DNA of 64,000 nucleotides, taken from assembly GCA_028279505.1 (NCBI GenBank), contig JANQNP010000067.1:9-64008 (forward strand), read 5' to 3'. Source of the DNA: Dehalococcoidia bacterium (lineage in GTDB: Bacteria > Chloroflexota > Dehalococcoidia > UBA2979). Positions within the stretch are counted from its first letter, which is position 1. Each line of letters opens with the position of its first letter. The position numbers were made by a program, and so were the translations under genes. The notes beneath the pieces were generated by a model. That model had not been told where the DNA came from. It did not search any database and saw nothing but the letters and a program-made list of their open reading frames with translations. Of this stretch, positions 37,589-47,320 are shown in pieces.

Positions 37589-39445
37589 ATGACCGCCCTC
37601 GACCGCGTCGCGCGAGCGTCCCGAGCACCCTGGGCGCCGCCGCTGGCGCTGCTCGCGATCACCGTACTCGCGGCGTTCCTGCGCCTCTACGACCTCGATC
37701 GCGTCGGCCTCGGCAACCTCTTCTACGCCTCCGCGATCCGATCGATGGGCGAATCCGCCCACAACTTCATCTACGCCGCGTACGACCCCGCCGCCACCAT
37801 CGCCGTCGACAAGCCACCCGTCGCCCTCTGGCTCCAGGTCCTCTCCACGAAGCTCTTCGGCTACGAGGGCTGGGCGATGGTCCTGCCAATGGCGCTCGCC
37901 GGCACCGCCGCCGTCCCGCTCGTCTTCGCCGCCGGCCGCCGCTCGCATGGACTCGCCGTCGGCCTGCTCGCGGCCGCCCTCCTCGCCGTCTTCCCCGAAT
38001 CCGTCGCTACCGCCCGCGACTCCACCATGGACGCCCTCGTGATGGCGCTCCTCGCGGGCGGCGCATGGCTGCTGATCGTCGCTGTCGAGGACCGCCGCCC
38101 CTGGCTCCTCGTCGCCTGGACCGCGTTGATGGGCGTCGCCTTCAACGTCAAGTTCTTCGAGGGCTTCGTGATCCTTCCCGCGGCGATCCTCTACGTCGGC
38201 TGGCGCTGGCGCGACGACTGGCGCGCGCTCGTTCGCCCCGCCGCCGTCGCGATCGCCGTCGGCTTCCTCGTTTCGCTCTCCTGGATCACCGTCGTCGAAC
38301 TCACCCCCGAGGACGATCGCCCCCTCGTCATGAACGACGAGTCGAACAGCGCCTACGGGCTCGCGTTCCGCTACAACGGCCTCGAGCGCGTGCTCCCCGG
38401 CGAGGTCACGATCTTCCAGCCCGTCGGCAACGCCCCCGCCTCTGAGCGCCTGATCTCCGTCACCAACTCCTTCGGCGTCGGAACCCGCGGTCCGTTCCGG
38501 CTCTTCGAAGACACCTACGGCCCGCTGATCGGCTACAGCGTCCTGCTCGGCCTCCTCGGCGTCGCGCTCGCCGCGTGGCAGCGGCGCGACTGGCTGCTGA
38601 ATGGGCCCGGCCTGCTCTGGGCGGCCTGGCTGATCACCGGCGCCGTCCTCTTCAGCGCCTCCAACCGCGCCGCCGCCCACTACACCGAGTCTTACGCCCC
38701 GGCCATCGCCGTCCTAGGCGCGGTCGGCATCATCGAGGGCTGGCGCCTCGCCGCACGTGGCAACGTCATCCCGCTCCACCTCGGCGTCATCGCGCTCCTC
38801 GTCTTCGCCCGCGTCAGCTACGAGGAGTTCGAGCCGCTGAGCACCAACACTTTCCTCGCGGTCGGCGCCATCGGCATGATGGCCTCGCTCCTCGCGCTGA
38901 TCGGCCGCAACCGAGGTAGCGACCGCCCCCCGCTCCCCGCGCTGCGCGCCACCCTCCGAGGCGCCAGCGTCGCCGCCGTCCTCTCGATCTCGCTCCTCAC
39001 CTCGCTCTGGATCACCGTCGACGCCCCTCGAGGGGGACAGATCACGCGCCCCAACCCACTCGACTACACCCGCGCAGACGAGCCCCCGCCCACACAGCGC
39101 CAGGTCCCCGCCGAGGCGATGGTCGCCCACGCCGAGCGCCAGGCCCCCGGCACCCGCTACGCCTTCGCCACCACCGACATCAACGACGCCGGCGAATCGA
39201 TCGCCTACACCGGCGCCTCGGTGCTCCCGATCTGGAACGAGTACCAGCGCGTCCCCGTCCTCCACGAGGACGATCTCGCCGCACGCCTCGCCGCCGGTGA
39301 GGTCCCCTTTGTGTTGGTCGAAATCGGCCGCCAGCGCGGCGGCCTCCTCAGCGAGGTCATGCCAACCATCGAGGCGCACTGTTCAATCACGACGATCCCC
39401 GGTGCTACGAGCCGCTTCTACGACACCTGGGACTGCCGCCCGTAG
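37589..39445 (+). CDS. PMT/ArnT-family (GT39/GT83-like) membrane glycosyltransferase
   Basis: N-terminal multi-TM domain with the DxD-like loop (YDLDRVGLGN) characteristic of PMT_2-family mannosyl/arabinosyl transferases; large C-terminal extracytoplasmic domain. Confidence 0.7.
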   Translation: MTALDRVARASRAPWAPPLALLAITVLAAFLRLYDLDRVGLGNLFYASAIRSMGESAHNFIYAAYDPAATIAVDKPPVALWLQVLSTKLFGYEGWAMVLPMALAGTAAVPLVFAAGRRSHGLAVGLLAAALLAVFPESVATARDSTMDALVMALLAGGAWLLIVAVEDRRPWLLVAWTALMGVAFNVKFFEGFVILPAAILYVGWRWRDDWRALVRPAAVAIAVGFLVSLSWITVVELTPEDDRPLVMNDESNSAYGLAFRYNGLERVLPGEVTIFQPVGNAPASERLISVTNSFGVGTRGPFRLFEDTYGPLIGYSVLLGLLGVALAAWQRRDWLLNGPGLLWAAWLITGAVLFSASNRAAAHYTESYAPAIAVLGAVGIIEGWRLAARGNVIPLHLGVIALLVFARVSYEEFEPLSTNTFLAVGAIGMMASLLALIGRNRGSDRPPLPALRATLRGASVAAVLSISLLTSLWITVDAPRGGQITRPNPLDYTRADEPPPTQRQVPAEAMVAHAERQAPGTRYAFATTDINDAGESIAYTGASVLPIWNEYQRVPVLHEDDLAARLAAGEVPFVLVEIGRQRGGLLSEVMPTIEAHCSITTIPGATSRFYDTWDCRP

Positions 39446-39476
39446 TCGGCGGCGGCGTCATTCCCTCGGCGGACGT

Positions 39477-39806
39477 TTAGAACTGATCGAGGAGAATCGT
39501 GTTCCCGTTCGGATCCTTCAGCACGGCGCTCGCGGGCCCCTCGCCCGGCTCGGCCGTCTGCTCGAACGTCACCCCGGCCTCCAGCAGCTGTGCCTGGATC
39601 GCCCGCACGTCCGGCGGATTGAAGGTCAAGATGTTCTCCTCGAACATCCCCGCGAACAGCCCGATCGTCGTTCCGCCGCTCTCGAGGATCAGCCACCCCT
39701 CGTCCGCCTCCCCGCCGATCACGCCGAAGCCGAGCCGCTCGTAGAACGCCCGCGAGGCCGCCAGGTCCTGCACAGCAAGGCTGACGGAGAACTTGCCGAG
39801 GTCCAT
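39477..39806 (-). CDS. VOC-family (glyoxalase/bleomycin-resistance) protein
   Basis: [22 protein letters not shown] is the typical VOC beta-alpha-beta-beta-beta module. Confidence 0.85.
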   Translation of the reverse strand: MDLGKFSVSLAVQDLAASRAFYERLGFGVIGGEADEGWLILESGGTTIGLFAGMFEENILTFNPPDVRAIQAQLLEAGVTFEQTAEPGEGPASAVLKDPNGNTILLDQF

Positions 39807-39872
39807 GACCGCATCGTAGCCAACGCCGCGCGAAGCATCGCTATCCTCCGCTCACAGCCGAGGAGGAAGCGC

Positions 39873-40778
39873 ATGGTCACCGTCGTCCGTACACCAGACG
39901 AACGTTTCGAGGGCATTCGCGGCGCTGACCTCGAGCCCCACTGGCACGAGTGGACCGAGCCGGGCGGCACCACGCTCCGCATGCACTACCTCGACGAGGG
40001 CGACGGCCCGCCGATCCTGCTGCTGCACGGCCAGCCCTCGTGGTCGGTGCTGCTCTACCGCGATTTCATCCCGCGCCTCGTCGCCGCGGGCCACCGCGTG
40101 ATCGCGCCGGACTACATCGGCTTCGGCAAGAGCGACAAGGTCGTCGAGGACGAGTGGTACGTCATCGAGCGACACTGCGAGGCGCTGCGTTCGCTGATCG
40201 ACGCCCTCGACCTCCGGGACGTCAGCATCGCCGTCCACGACTGGAGCGGCCCGATCGGCCTGCGCCAGGTCCGCGACATGCCCGCCCGCTTCTCCAGGAT
40301 CTTCATCTTCAACACCTGGCTGCACCACATCGACATGAAGTACACCCCGGCCATCCGCGCCTACCACGCCCGGATCGCGGAGCTCGAGGTCGGGACCGGC
40401 GACCCGCTCGCGATGATGGGTCAGGGCGATGGCTCCAACGAGATCCTCGCCACCTTCCTCGCCCCGTTCCCCGATCCCACCCACATGGCCGGACCGCGCC
40501 GGTTCCCGCTGATGCACCCGTACGCCGATCCCGAGGGCGGCAACGCCATCGACCAGGCCCGCTCATACGAGTTCCTGCTGCACTGGCCGAAGCCCGCACA
40601 CGTGATCTTCAGCCACGACGACGGTGTCTTCCGCGAGTCGTGGGGACGCGAATGGGCGCAGCGGTTCCCGTTCGGCACCTTCGACGCGGTCTCAACCACC
40701 GCGGTCCACCACTTCCCGCAGATCACTGCGGCCGACGCGGTGGTCGACCTGATGCTGGGCTACCTCGCCGGCGACTGA
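39873..40778 (+). CDS. Alpha/beta hydrolase, haloalkane-dehalogenase-like
   Basis: LLLHGQPSWS, HDWSGPIG (nucleophile elbow with Asp), RBS GAGGAGG. Confidence 0.8.
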   Translation: MVTVVRTPDERFEGIRGADLEPHWHEWTEPGGTTLRMHYLDEGDGPPILLLHGQPSWSVLLYRDFIPRLVAAGHRVIAPDYIGFGKSDKVVEDEWYVIERHCEALRSLIDALDLRDVSIAVHDWSGPIGLRQVRDMPARFSRIFIFNTWLHHIDMKYTPAIRAYHARIAELEVGTGDPLAMMGQGDGSNEILATFLAPFPDPTHMAGPRRFPLMHPYADPEGGNAIDQARSYEFLLHWPKPAHVIFSHDDGVFRESWGREWAQRFPFGTFDAVSTTAVHHFPQITAADAVVDLMLGYLAGD

Positions 40779-40901
40779 GCGCCGCCCGGGTCTGAATTCT
40801 TACGTTTCGACCCCGAACGTCTCCCGACACGTCCCGTTGTAGGGCTTGTGAGGACGGCTTCGTCCTCGACAGCTCTCGCAGGACGAAGAGGAGACTTGAG
40901 A

Positions 40902-41444
40902 ATGAAGAGATGGCAAAAGCTGGCCGCCCTGCCGGTGTTGGTGGCAGCGGTCGCCTTCGGCGTCATGGCGCCCGCGGCCGCCTCCGCCGAGACCGATCGC
41001 GTCACCGATCGAGCGGTCACGGACCGCGCGACCGACCGCGTCACCGACCTCCGGCCCACCGATGTGCGCCCCGACGTACTCGAGGAAGGTCGCGTCGAAC
41101 TACGTGAACCACACACCCTCGAGGCCCGCGGCCGCGGCAACGTCGCCCTCGCCGGCCGCCTGAAGGTGACCGGCATCGCCTACGGCCACTCGGTCACCAT
41201 CACCGACCTCGCCGGTGACGCCGAAATCCGCGTCAGCGCGCGTGCTCACCGCACCGACGACGCCGGGAACCACATCTACCGAGGCCTGAACGGCGAGTTC
41301 TCGATCAGCGGCTCCGAGGTGATCGTGAAGTTCCACCGCGTCGGCATCCACTTCGAGGCGACCGGCAACGGCCGCGCCGAGCTGGACGGCCAGGGCTGGT
41401 TCAAGCTCGACGGCGGCCGCCCCCACCGGTGGCGCGCGTTCTAG
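40902..41444 (+). CDS. Secreted hypothetical protein with imperfect TDRxT tandem repeats
   Basis: Signal peptide MKRWQKLAALPVLVAAVAFGVMAPAAASA; DNA-level 15 nt repeats at 40988-41050. Confidence 0.55.
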   Translation: MKRWQKLAALPVLVAAVAFGVMAPAAASAETDRVTDRAVTDRATDRVTDLRPTDVRPDVLEEGRVELREPHTLEARGRGNVALAGRLKVTGIAYGHSVTITDLAGDAEIRVSARAHRTDDAGNHIYRGLNGEFSISGSEVIVKFHRVGIHFEATGNGRAELDGQGWFKLDGGRPHRWRAF

Positions 41445-41662
41445 CGAGCCAGCGGATCAACGTTGGGGCGCTGGCGAGCGTTCCAGCGAGCCGCCGAACC
41501 GACCCAATCCGAGAGGAGCGAGCGCCCCGCTGCTCCTCCGGTCCCGCCCAACGAAGGCCCGCGCGCGAGCGCGGGCCTTGCCGTCCTCCCCCACTCTGAG
41601 GCACGCTCCACCACCTCGGCCGCACTGCGCCCGGTTCTTCCGCTGTGCTAGAACATGCGCAC

Positions 41663-42565
41663 ATGATTCTGACATCGAGGCCAAGAACCGCTGCGCTCCT
41701 CGCCATCGGCATCGCGTTCCTCGCCGCGGTGGCCGCCCCGAGGTCGGCAATCGCTCAGCAGCCGAGCGAGTTCGTCGGAGGGCAGCCTGTCCCCGGAATC
41801 AGCCTCGCCGCCTACTCGGGTGGGCCGGTCGCCACCCTGCCCGCCGCCGCACCCCGGGCCGAGTCGTTCTGGACCACCATCGACGGACGAATGGTCGGCT
41901 ACCTCGTCAACTCCCCGGAGTTCGTGAACCGCGAGTTCATCGATCACTTCAGCGAGGGCATTCCCGCCGGCACGCCGATGCTGGTCGTCACGCCGCTCTC
42001 GGCTCTGGTGTCGTCGCCTGATCCCGACTGCCCACAGTGGCCCAACGATGCTCAGGCCACGATTCGTCAGGACGGCCGCGCGGAGGCGGTCTACCAGAAC
42101 ATCCTCGAGGAGGAGCAGCGGGGCTGCTTCGAAGGTCTCGTCTACTACCCGCGCAACGACTCGTATCGGATCACCGCGACCCCGGAGCTCGTCGATGCCA
42201 CCGAGCAAGCAACCCCGGTCTACATACCGACGAGCGGCACCCACCTCGCCGAGTTCTTGCCGTGGGCGCGGGTGAGCTTCACGATCAACGGTCAGGACGT
42301 CTGGCTGATGATCGTGCAGCGACCGCAGGACCAGTCGCTCTTCCTCTCGTTCCGCGACGCGACCAGTGGCGTAACGACCTATGGAGGAGGACGCTACCTC
42401 GGTGTGTGGCGGCTCGATAACGGCGACGTCTCCTTCGACCTCAATTCGGCGTACAACCCGCCATGCGCGTACAACGCCAACTGGATCTGCCCGCTCGTGC
42501 ACCCCGAGAACCACCTCGCGGTCGCCGTCACCGCGGGCGAACGCGCCTACCCCGACCCCCGATGA
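41663..42565 (+). CDS. Secreted protein with C-terminal DUF1684 domain
   Basis: Signal peptide; C-terminal YNPPCAYNANWICPLVHPEN is the characteristic DUF1684 terminus. The N-terminal domain is paralogous to 42689..43768. Confidence 0.65.
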   Translation: MILTSRPRTAALLAIGIAFLAAVAAPRSAIAQQPSEFVGGQPVPGISLAAYSGGPVATLPAAAPRAESFWTTIDGRMVGYLVNSPEFVNREFIDHFSEGIPAGTPMLVVTPLSALVSSPDPDCPQWPNDAQATIRQDGRAEAVYQNILEEEQRGCFEGLVYYPRNDSYRITATPELVDATEQATPVYIPTSGTHLAEFLPWARVSFTINGQDVWLMIVQRPQDQSLFLSFRDATSGVTTYGGGRYLGVWRLDNGDVSFDLNSAYNPPCAYNANWICPLVHPENHLAVAVTAGERAYPDPR

Positions 42566-42688
42566 TCGACGGCGAGCGCCCCGCGCCCGCACACTCGAGG
42601 CCATGCAACCCTCGCGTCGCGGAACGAGCGCCCCGATGATCGCACCACTAGGACGGCGACCGCGCCGAGTCAGTCCAGAGGAACCTCA

Positions 42689-43768
42689 ATGCGACGAAGC
42701 CTGATCCTCCTCGTGGTCGGCATCGCGATCGCCGCCCAGGCCCTCATCGCCGGCCCCGCCGTCCAGGCCCACGATGGCGACGTCGTCGCCGCCCGAGTCG
42801 CCGGCGATCTGCCGGTCGAGGGCGTCTTCCTCGGCCTATGGGAAGGCGGCTCCGTCGAGAGCCTCGGCGTCGACCAGCCGCAGGTCAGCTCCGTCTGGGT
42901 CAGCGCCAACGGCGCGCTCGTCGGCTACCTCGTTGGCGCGCCCGACTTCGTCAACGCCGACTTCCTCGGCCGATTCCCGCAGGGTCAGGTCGGACCTGGC
43001 ACGCCCGTGCTCGCCGTCGTCGTCCAGACCACGACACCGCCGCCGGCCCCGGTCGGCGCCTACTCCCTCGCCACCTGGACCGCCTTCTCCGACGTCCTGC
43101 TCGCGCCCAACTACGAGGTCGCGAGCTGCGCCGGCTGCTGGCCGGGCTACACCGGCACCACCATCGGCCTCACCACCCGCTGGATCGAAGGCGCCACGCT
43201 CGACGTCTACGTCTACTCCGGCGACGTCGACGACATCGCGGCTCTCGAGGCCCAACTCAACGAATTCCAGACGCGCCTCGATCTCCCGTGGCGGTACGTC
43301 GCCACGCCCGCCGAAGCGAACCTCCACATCTTCATGAACTTCGACCGCCTCAACGTCCCGACCTCGTTCCCGGCCTGGGCACAGGACAGCCTCGCCGCGC
43401 GCGCCAACGTCAGTGGATGGACCGCCTACGCGACCACAAGCTCCTCATTCACCATCGGCCCGAACGGCGTAGATCCCGCGGATCGGTACGCGATCGATGA
43501 AGCAGCGATCTACGTCCCCTTCAACCAGCAGAACGGCGACCTGATCGCGCAGCCGTTCATCGACTCGATCATCAAACATGAGCTCGTCCACGCCATCGGC
43601 TGGGGCCAGCACTGGGACGTCCCCGGTCGCCTGATGTCGCCCGTGGCGTCGAACCCCCTCGACGTCAGCGGTCTCGAATGGGACATGCTGAAGCTGCTCT
43701 ACGAGGACGACGTGCTCCCCGGCATGTACGACGACCAGGTCCTCGCGGTCATCACCGTCACCCAGTAA
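42689..43768 (+). CDS. Secreted metzincin-like zinc metalloprotease
   Basis: Signal peptide; HELVHAIGWGQH (HExxHxxGxxH) followed by a Met-turn candidate (RLMSP). Confidence 0.6.
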   Translation: MRRSLILLVVGIAIAAQALIAGPAVQAHDGDVVAARVAGDLPVEGVFLGLWEGGSVESLGVDQPQVSSVWVSANGALVGYLVGAPDFVNADFLGRFPQGQVGPGTPVLAVVVQTTTPPPAPVGAYSLATWTAFSDVLLAPNYEVASCAGCWPGYTGTTIGLTTRWIEGATLDVYVYSGDVDDIAALEAQLNEFQTRLDLPWRYVATPAEANLHIFMNFDRLNVPTSFPAWAQDSLAARANVSGWTAYATTSSSFTIGPNGVDPADRYAIDEAAIYVPFNQQNGDLIAQPFIDSIIKHELVHAIGWGQHWDVPGRLMSPVASNPLDVSGLEWDMLKLLYEDDVLPGMYDDQVLAVITVTQ

Positions 43769-43898
43769 CCACCCGCCGCCGCCCCGCGGGCTCAGCCGTC
43801 CCCGGACTCGCAACCACGCCGCCGGTCGACCCCGCGCCGAGCGCACCGCGGCGTGACCATCAGCCATTGCGACCCGAGCCACCGCCCGCGACACTGAC

Positions 43899-43935
43899 GA
43901 GGCGCGAAGCGTCTAAAGAGGGCCGAAGGCCCCCC
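43899..43935. repeat. Dispersed intergenic element, copy C: GAGGCGCGAAGCGTC + taaa + GAGGGCC-GAA-GGCCCCC
   Basis: Ends 11 nt before the gpmA ATG, immediately 5' of its GGAG RBS. Confidence 0.55.
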
Positions 43936-43945
43936 GGAGTGCGTC

Positions 43946-44704
43946 ATGACCCACGAAGTCGTCCTCATCCGCCACGGCCAGAGCCAGTGGAACCAGGAGA
44001 ACCGGTTCACCGGTTGGGTCGACGTCGACCTCGCGAACGCGGGCCGCGCCGAGGCCCACGAGGCCGGTCGCCAGCTCCGCGAAGCCGGCTACGAATTCGA
44101 CGCCGCCTTCACCTCAGTCCTGAAGCGCGCCATCCACACGCTCTGGATCGTCCTCGACGAGCTCGACCAGGCCTGGATCCCGGTCCAGCGCAGCTGGCGC
44201 CTCAACGAACGCCACTACGGCGCGCTCGCCGGCCTCAACAAAGTCGAGACCGCCGAGAAGCATGGTGACGAGCAGGTCTTCATCTGGCGTCGCAGCTTCG
44301 ACACCCCACCCCCCGCCCTCGACCCCACCGACCCCATGCACCCCAGCCACGACCGCCGCTACGCCGACGTCGGACTCCCCGAGGCCACCCCCGGCTCCGA
44401 GGCGCTCAAGCAGACCCAGGAGCGCGTCCTCCCCTTCTGGAACGAAACGATCGCCCCCTGCATCGAAGCCGGCGACCGCGTCCTGATCGCCGCCCACGGC
44501 AACAGCATCCGCGCCCTCGTCATGCACCTCGACCAGATCCCCGAAGACGAGATCAGCGAGCTCAACATCCCCACCGGCATGCCCCTCATCTACGAGTTCG
44601 ACGACGACATGAACGTCCTCGGCCACCGCTACCTCGGCGGCGAAGAAGCCGCCGCCGCGGCAGCCGCCGCCGTCGCCGCCCAGGCCAGCGGCAGCTCGCA
44701 GTAA
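43946..44704 (+). CDS. gpmA: 2,3-bisphosphoglycerate-dependent phosphoglycerate mutase
   Basis: [43 protein letters not shown]; Ala-rich C-terminal tail. Confidence 0.95.
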   Translation: MTHEVVLIRHGQSQWNQENRFTGWVDVDLANAGRAEAHEAGRQLREAGYEFDAAFTSVLKRAIHTLWIVLDELDQAWIPVQRSWRLNERHYGALAGLNKVETAEKHGDEQVFIWRRSFDTPPPALDPTDPMHPSHDRRYADVGLPEATPGSEALKQTQERVLPFWNETIAPCIEAGDRVLIAAHGNSIRALVMHLDQIPEDEISELNIPTGMPLIYEFDDDMNVLGHRYLGGEEAAAAAAAAVAAQASGSSQ

Positions 44705-44991
44705 TCGAGGAATCCTCGGCCGACCCGAGTCCTCGGACCCGAGCGTCTAGCTCAGCTCGGCTGATGTCTCACCGGAGACCTCGAAGGCGTGTCGATCGAC
44801 GACTAACGGTCGCTGCCAGCCTTCAACGACCGGACCCTCACGCGACAGCGATTCTGGAGCAGGGTCGCGAGGGGCGCAGCCCCTCGCCTAGCAGGGCGGG
44901 CGGGTGGGCCACTCTCTAGTTCCGAAGACAACGCCGAAGGCGAGCCGCATCACGGCACCGGAAGAGCGCCGCGAGAGGGGCCGCACCTCCC

Positions 44992-45025
44992 AAGGCGCGA
45001 AGCGTCCTGGAAGACCCGAAGGGTC
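44992..45025. repeat. Dispersed intergenic element, copy D: AAGGCGCGAAGCGTC + ctgg + AAGACCC-GAA-GGGTC
   Basis: The hairpin ends exactly at the DAHP synthase stop codon (45026-45028). Confidence 0.55.
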
Positions 45026-46090
45026 CTAGGTACCGACGGGCGCTGGCGTCTGCGCGTGCGCCTCAGCCGCCTCGTTCAACAGCGCCTCGGTCTCGCTCCA
45101 GTCGATGCACGCATCCGTGATCGACACCCCGTAGCGCAGCTCCTCGCCGTTCAACGGCTGGTTCCCGGCGAACAGGTGACTCTCGAGCATCAGCCCGACG
45201 ATCCCGTCGCTCCCCGCCTGCCGCTGCGCCACCACATCCCGGAACGCCACCGCCTGCCGCGTGTGATCCTTCTCCGAGTTCGCGTGCGAGCAATCCACCA
45301 TCACCAGCGGGCGCGACTCCGAGGCCCGTAGCTTCTCCTGCGCCGCCGCGATCGACGCCGCATCGAAGTTCGTCGCGCCCTGCCCGCCGCGCAGCACTAG
45401 GTGCCCATACGGATTGCCCGTCGTGTTCATCACGCAGGTCCGACCTTCCTGGTCGATACCCACAAATGCGTGCGGCGCTCGCGCCGCCACCATCGCGTCC
45501 ACTGCCACCTGCGAATTGCCGTCGGTCCGGTTCTTGAACCCCACGGGCATCGACAAACCGCTCGCCATCTGCCGGTGCGTCTGGCTCTCGGTCGTGCGCG
45601 CACCGATCGCCGCCCAGGACACTAGGTCCGCGAGGTACTGCGGAACGATCGGGTCCAGGAACTCCGTCCCCGTTGCCAGCCCCATCCCCGTTACCTCGAG
45701 CAGCAGCTGGCGTGCCCGCCGCAGCCCCTGGTTCAGGTCGAACGTCCCATCGAGGTTCGGGTCGTAGACCAGCCCCTTCCACCCGAGGGTCGTGCGCGGC
45801 TTCTCGAAGTAGACCCGCATCACTACCAGCAGCTGCTCGCGCACCTGCTCCTCGAGACGTGCGAGCCGCTCCGCGTACTCGAGCGCCGCGCGTTCGTCGT
45901 GGATCGAGCAGGGCCCCACGATCACCATCAGCCGCGGGTCGTCTTGGCGGAGCACCGCCTCCACCTGCGAGCGCCCGCGATGGACCGAGCTGACGTGATA
46001 CTCCGTCGCCGGAAGCTCCTCGAAGAGCTGCGCGGGCGTGACCAACGGGTCCGTGCTCGCGATATGGAGATCTGAGGTCTGCTGGTGCAT
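45026..46090 (-). CDS. aroG: 3-deoxy-7-phosphoheptulonate (DAHP) synthase, class I
   Basis: KPRTTLGWKGLVYDP...LVSWAAIGARTTESQTHRQMASGLSMPVGFKNRTDGN is near-identical in pattern to E. coli AroG. Confidence 0.9.
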   Translation of the reverse strand: MHQQTSDLHIASTDPLVTPAQLFEELPATEYHVSSVHRGRSQVEAVLRQDDPRLMVIVGPCSIHDERAALEYAERLARLEEQVREQLLVVMRVYFEKPRTTLGWKGLVYDPNLDGTFDLNQGLRRARQLLLEVTGMGLATGTEFLDPIVPQYLADLVSWAAIGARTTESQTHRQMASGLSMPVGFKNRTDGNSQVAVDAMVAARAPHAFVGIDQEGRTCVMNTTGNPYGHLVLRGGQGATNFDAASIAAAQEKLRASESRPLVMVDCSHANSEKDHTRQAVAFRDVVAQRQAGSDGIVGLMLESHLFAGNQPLNGEELRYGVSITDACIDWSETEALLNEAAEAHAQTPAPVGT

Positions 46091-46304
46091 GTGGGGAAAC
46101 CAGTTCTACCTGGGCGCCTCCTCTGGGGGAGTGAGGTCGCCGGGTCTACCCGCCTCCGTGCGGGGCGATGCTTGGAGCGCCCGTTGCGAACCGGGCGTTG
46201 AGAACGGTCAGTCTAGCGATCCGCCGAAACAGTCGCACGTTAAGTAAAGCGCCTCACGGCGGCCAAAGTTACCGCCAGCAAGCCCCGCCTCGGCGAGCCG
46301 TCGC

Positions 46305-47240
46305 CTACTCGTCGTCGCCGAACTCGTCTGCCCACAGCGGCGACGACTTCTTGAGGAACCGCATCTGCGTCGTCGTCTTCGCGACCAGCGTGCCGTCCGG
46401 CTCCAGCAGCCGCGCCTCGTACCACACGTACTCGGACCGCTTCGACGACCCGATCGCCACCAGTTCGCTCTCGCTCACGTAGTCATGATCGAGGAACACC
46501 GGCCCCGCGACGTGCTTGACCTCCTGCGCGCCCAGCATCCCGACGATGCCCTCGCTGTTGAGGTTGAGCTGCCCCGAGGACCGCCCCGCCGCCATCGGCA
46601 CGTTCGCCGGATTCGCGATCGGCCCGCCCCACGGCGACTCCGTGCGGAACCACGCCTCCGGCGCCAGCGGCCCGCTCGGCTCCTTCGCCAGCTCCGCGCT
46701 GTCGATCCGCACGGGAATTGCCTCGGTCTTCTGCCCGATCACGTGGTCCGCGAGGATCCGCACCTCGTCCGCCCCCGTCGTGTTCAGGATCATCTGCCCC
46801 GTCAGCGACCCGCCGGGCGGATCGCCGATCTCGGCCGTCCCGTTCACCAGGTGCAGCCCGTCCGACTCGCGCTCGACCCAGATCTGGACGCGCTCGTCCT
46901 GGCCGCCCATCTCCGGCTCCTGCAGCCCGATCCGGCACATGTCTCCGTGCATCGTCGGCTTGATGAACATCGACGCCACGCCGCCGCGCTCGAACCACGC
47001 CTGCCCGAACCCGGCCAGCAACACCCGCGGCATCTGCGCGATGTGGACCACCCCGCGCACCACGCCGCCTTGGAAGCCCACCTTCTTGGCGACCTCATCG
47101 TTCTGCACGGCGCCTGCTTCTTGCGCCCAGTAGTTCTCGACCACGCGGAACGGCGTGAACAGCGCGCCCTCATCCTCGATGATCTCGCCGACGTCGTATT
47201 CGGTGTGCACGAAGCCTCCCTCGATATACGCGAAGCGCAT
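46305..47240 (-). CDS. Hypothetical protein
   Basis: Long ORF with real-gene codon bias; no confident family (possibly hotdog or ADC-like). Confidence 0.5.
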   Translation of the reverse strand: MRFAYIEGGFVHTEYDVGEIIEDEGALFTPFRVVENYWAQEAGAVQNDEVAKKVGFQGGVVRGVVHIAQMPRVLLAGFGQAWFERGGVASMFIKPTMHGDMCRIGLQEPEMGGQDERVQIWVERESDGLHLVNGTAEIGDPPGGSLTGQMILNTTGADEVRILADHVIGQKTEAIPVRIDSAELAKEPSGPLAPEAWFRTESPWGGPIANPANVPMAAGRSSGQLNLNSEGIVGMLGAQEVKHVAGPVFLDHDYVSESELVAIGSSKRSEYVWYEARLLEPDGTLVAKTTTQMRFLKKSSPLWADEFGDDE

Positions 47241-47320
47241 CGTACTCAGGCGTTGCCGTGTACGGGAGTGTTCGATCGTCCGTCAGCGGACAGGCAGCCG
47301 CAAACAACCGCCCGAGGGCG

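Noticed and set aside
44705-45025. 320 bp gpmA-aroG intergenic region as an ncRNA or riboswitch
   Set aside because: Apart from repeat copy D at its 3' end, I found no recognisable conserved riboswitch signature; it is left unannotated.
46255-46277. Possible terminator hairpin (GGCGG-N9-CCGCC + UUUACUU) downstream of the hypothetical gene ending at 46305
   Set aside because: The stem is only 5-6 bp with a large loop; too weak to call.
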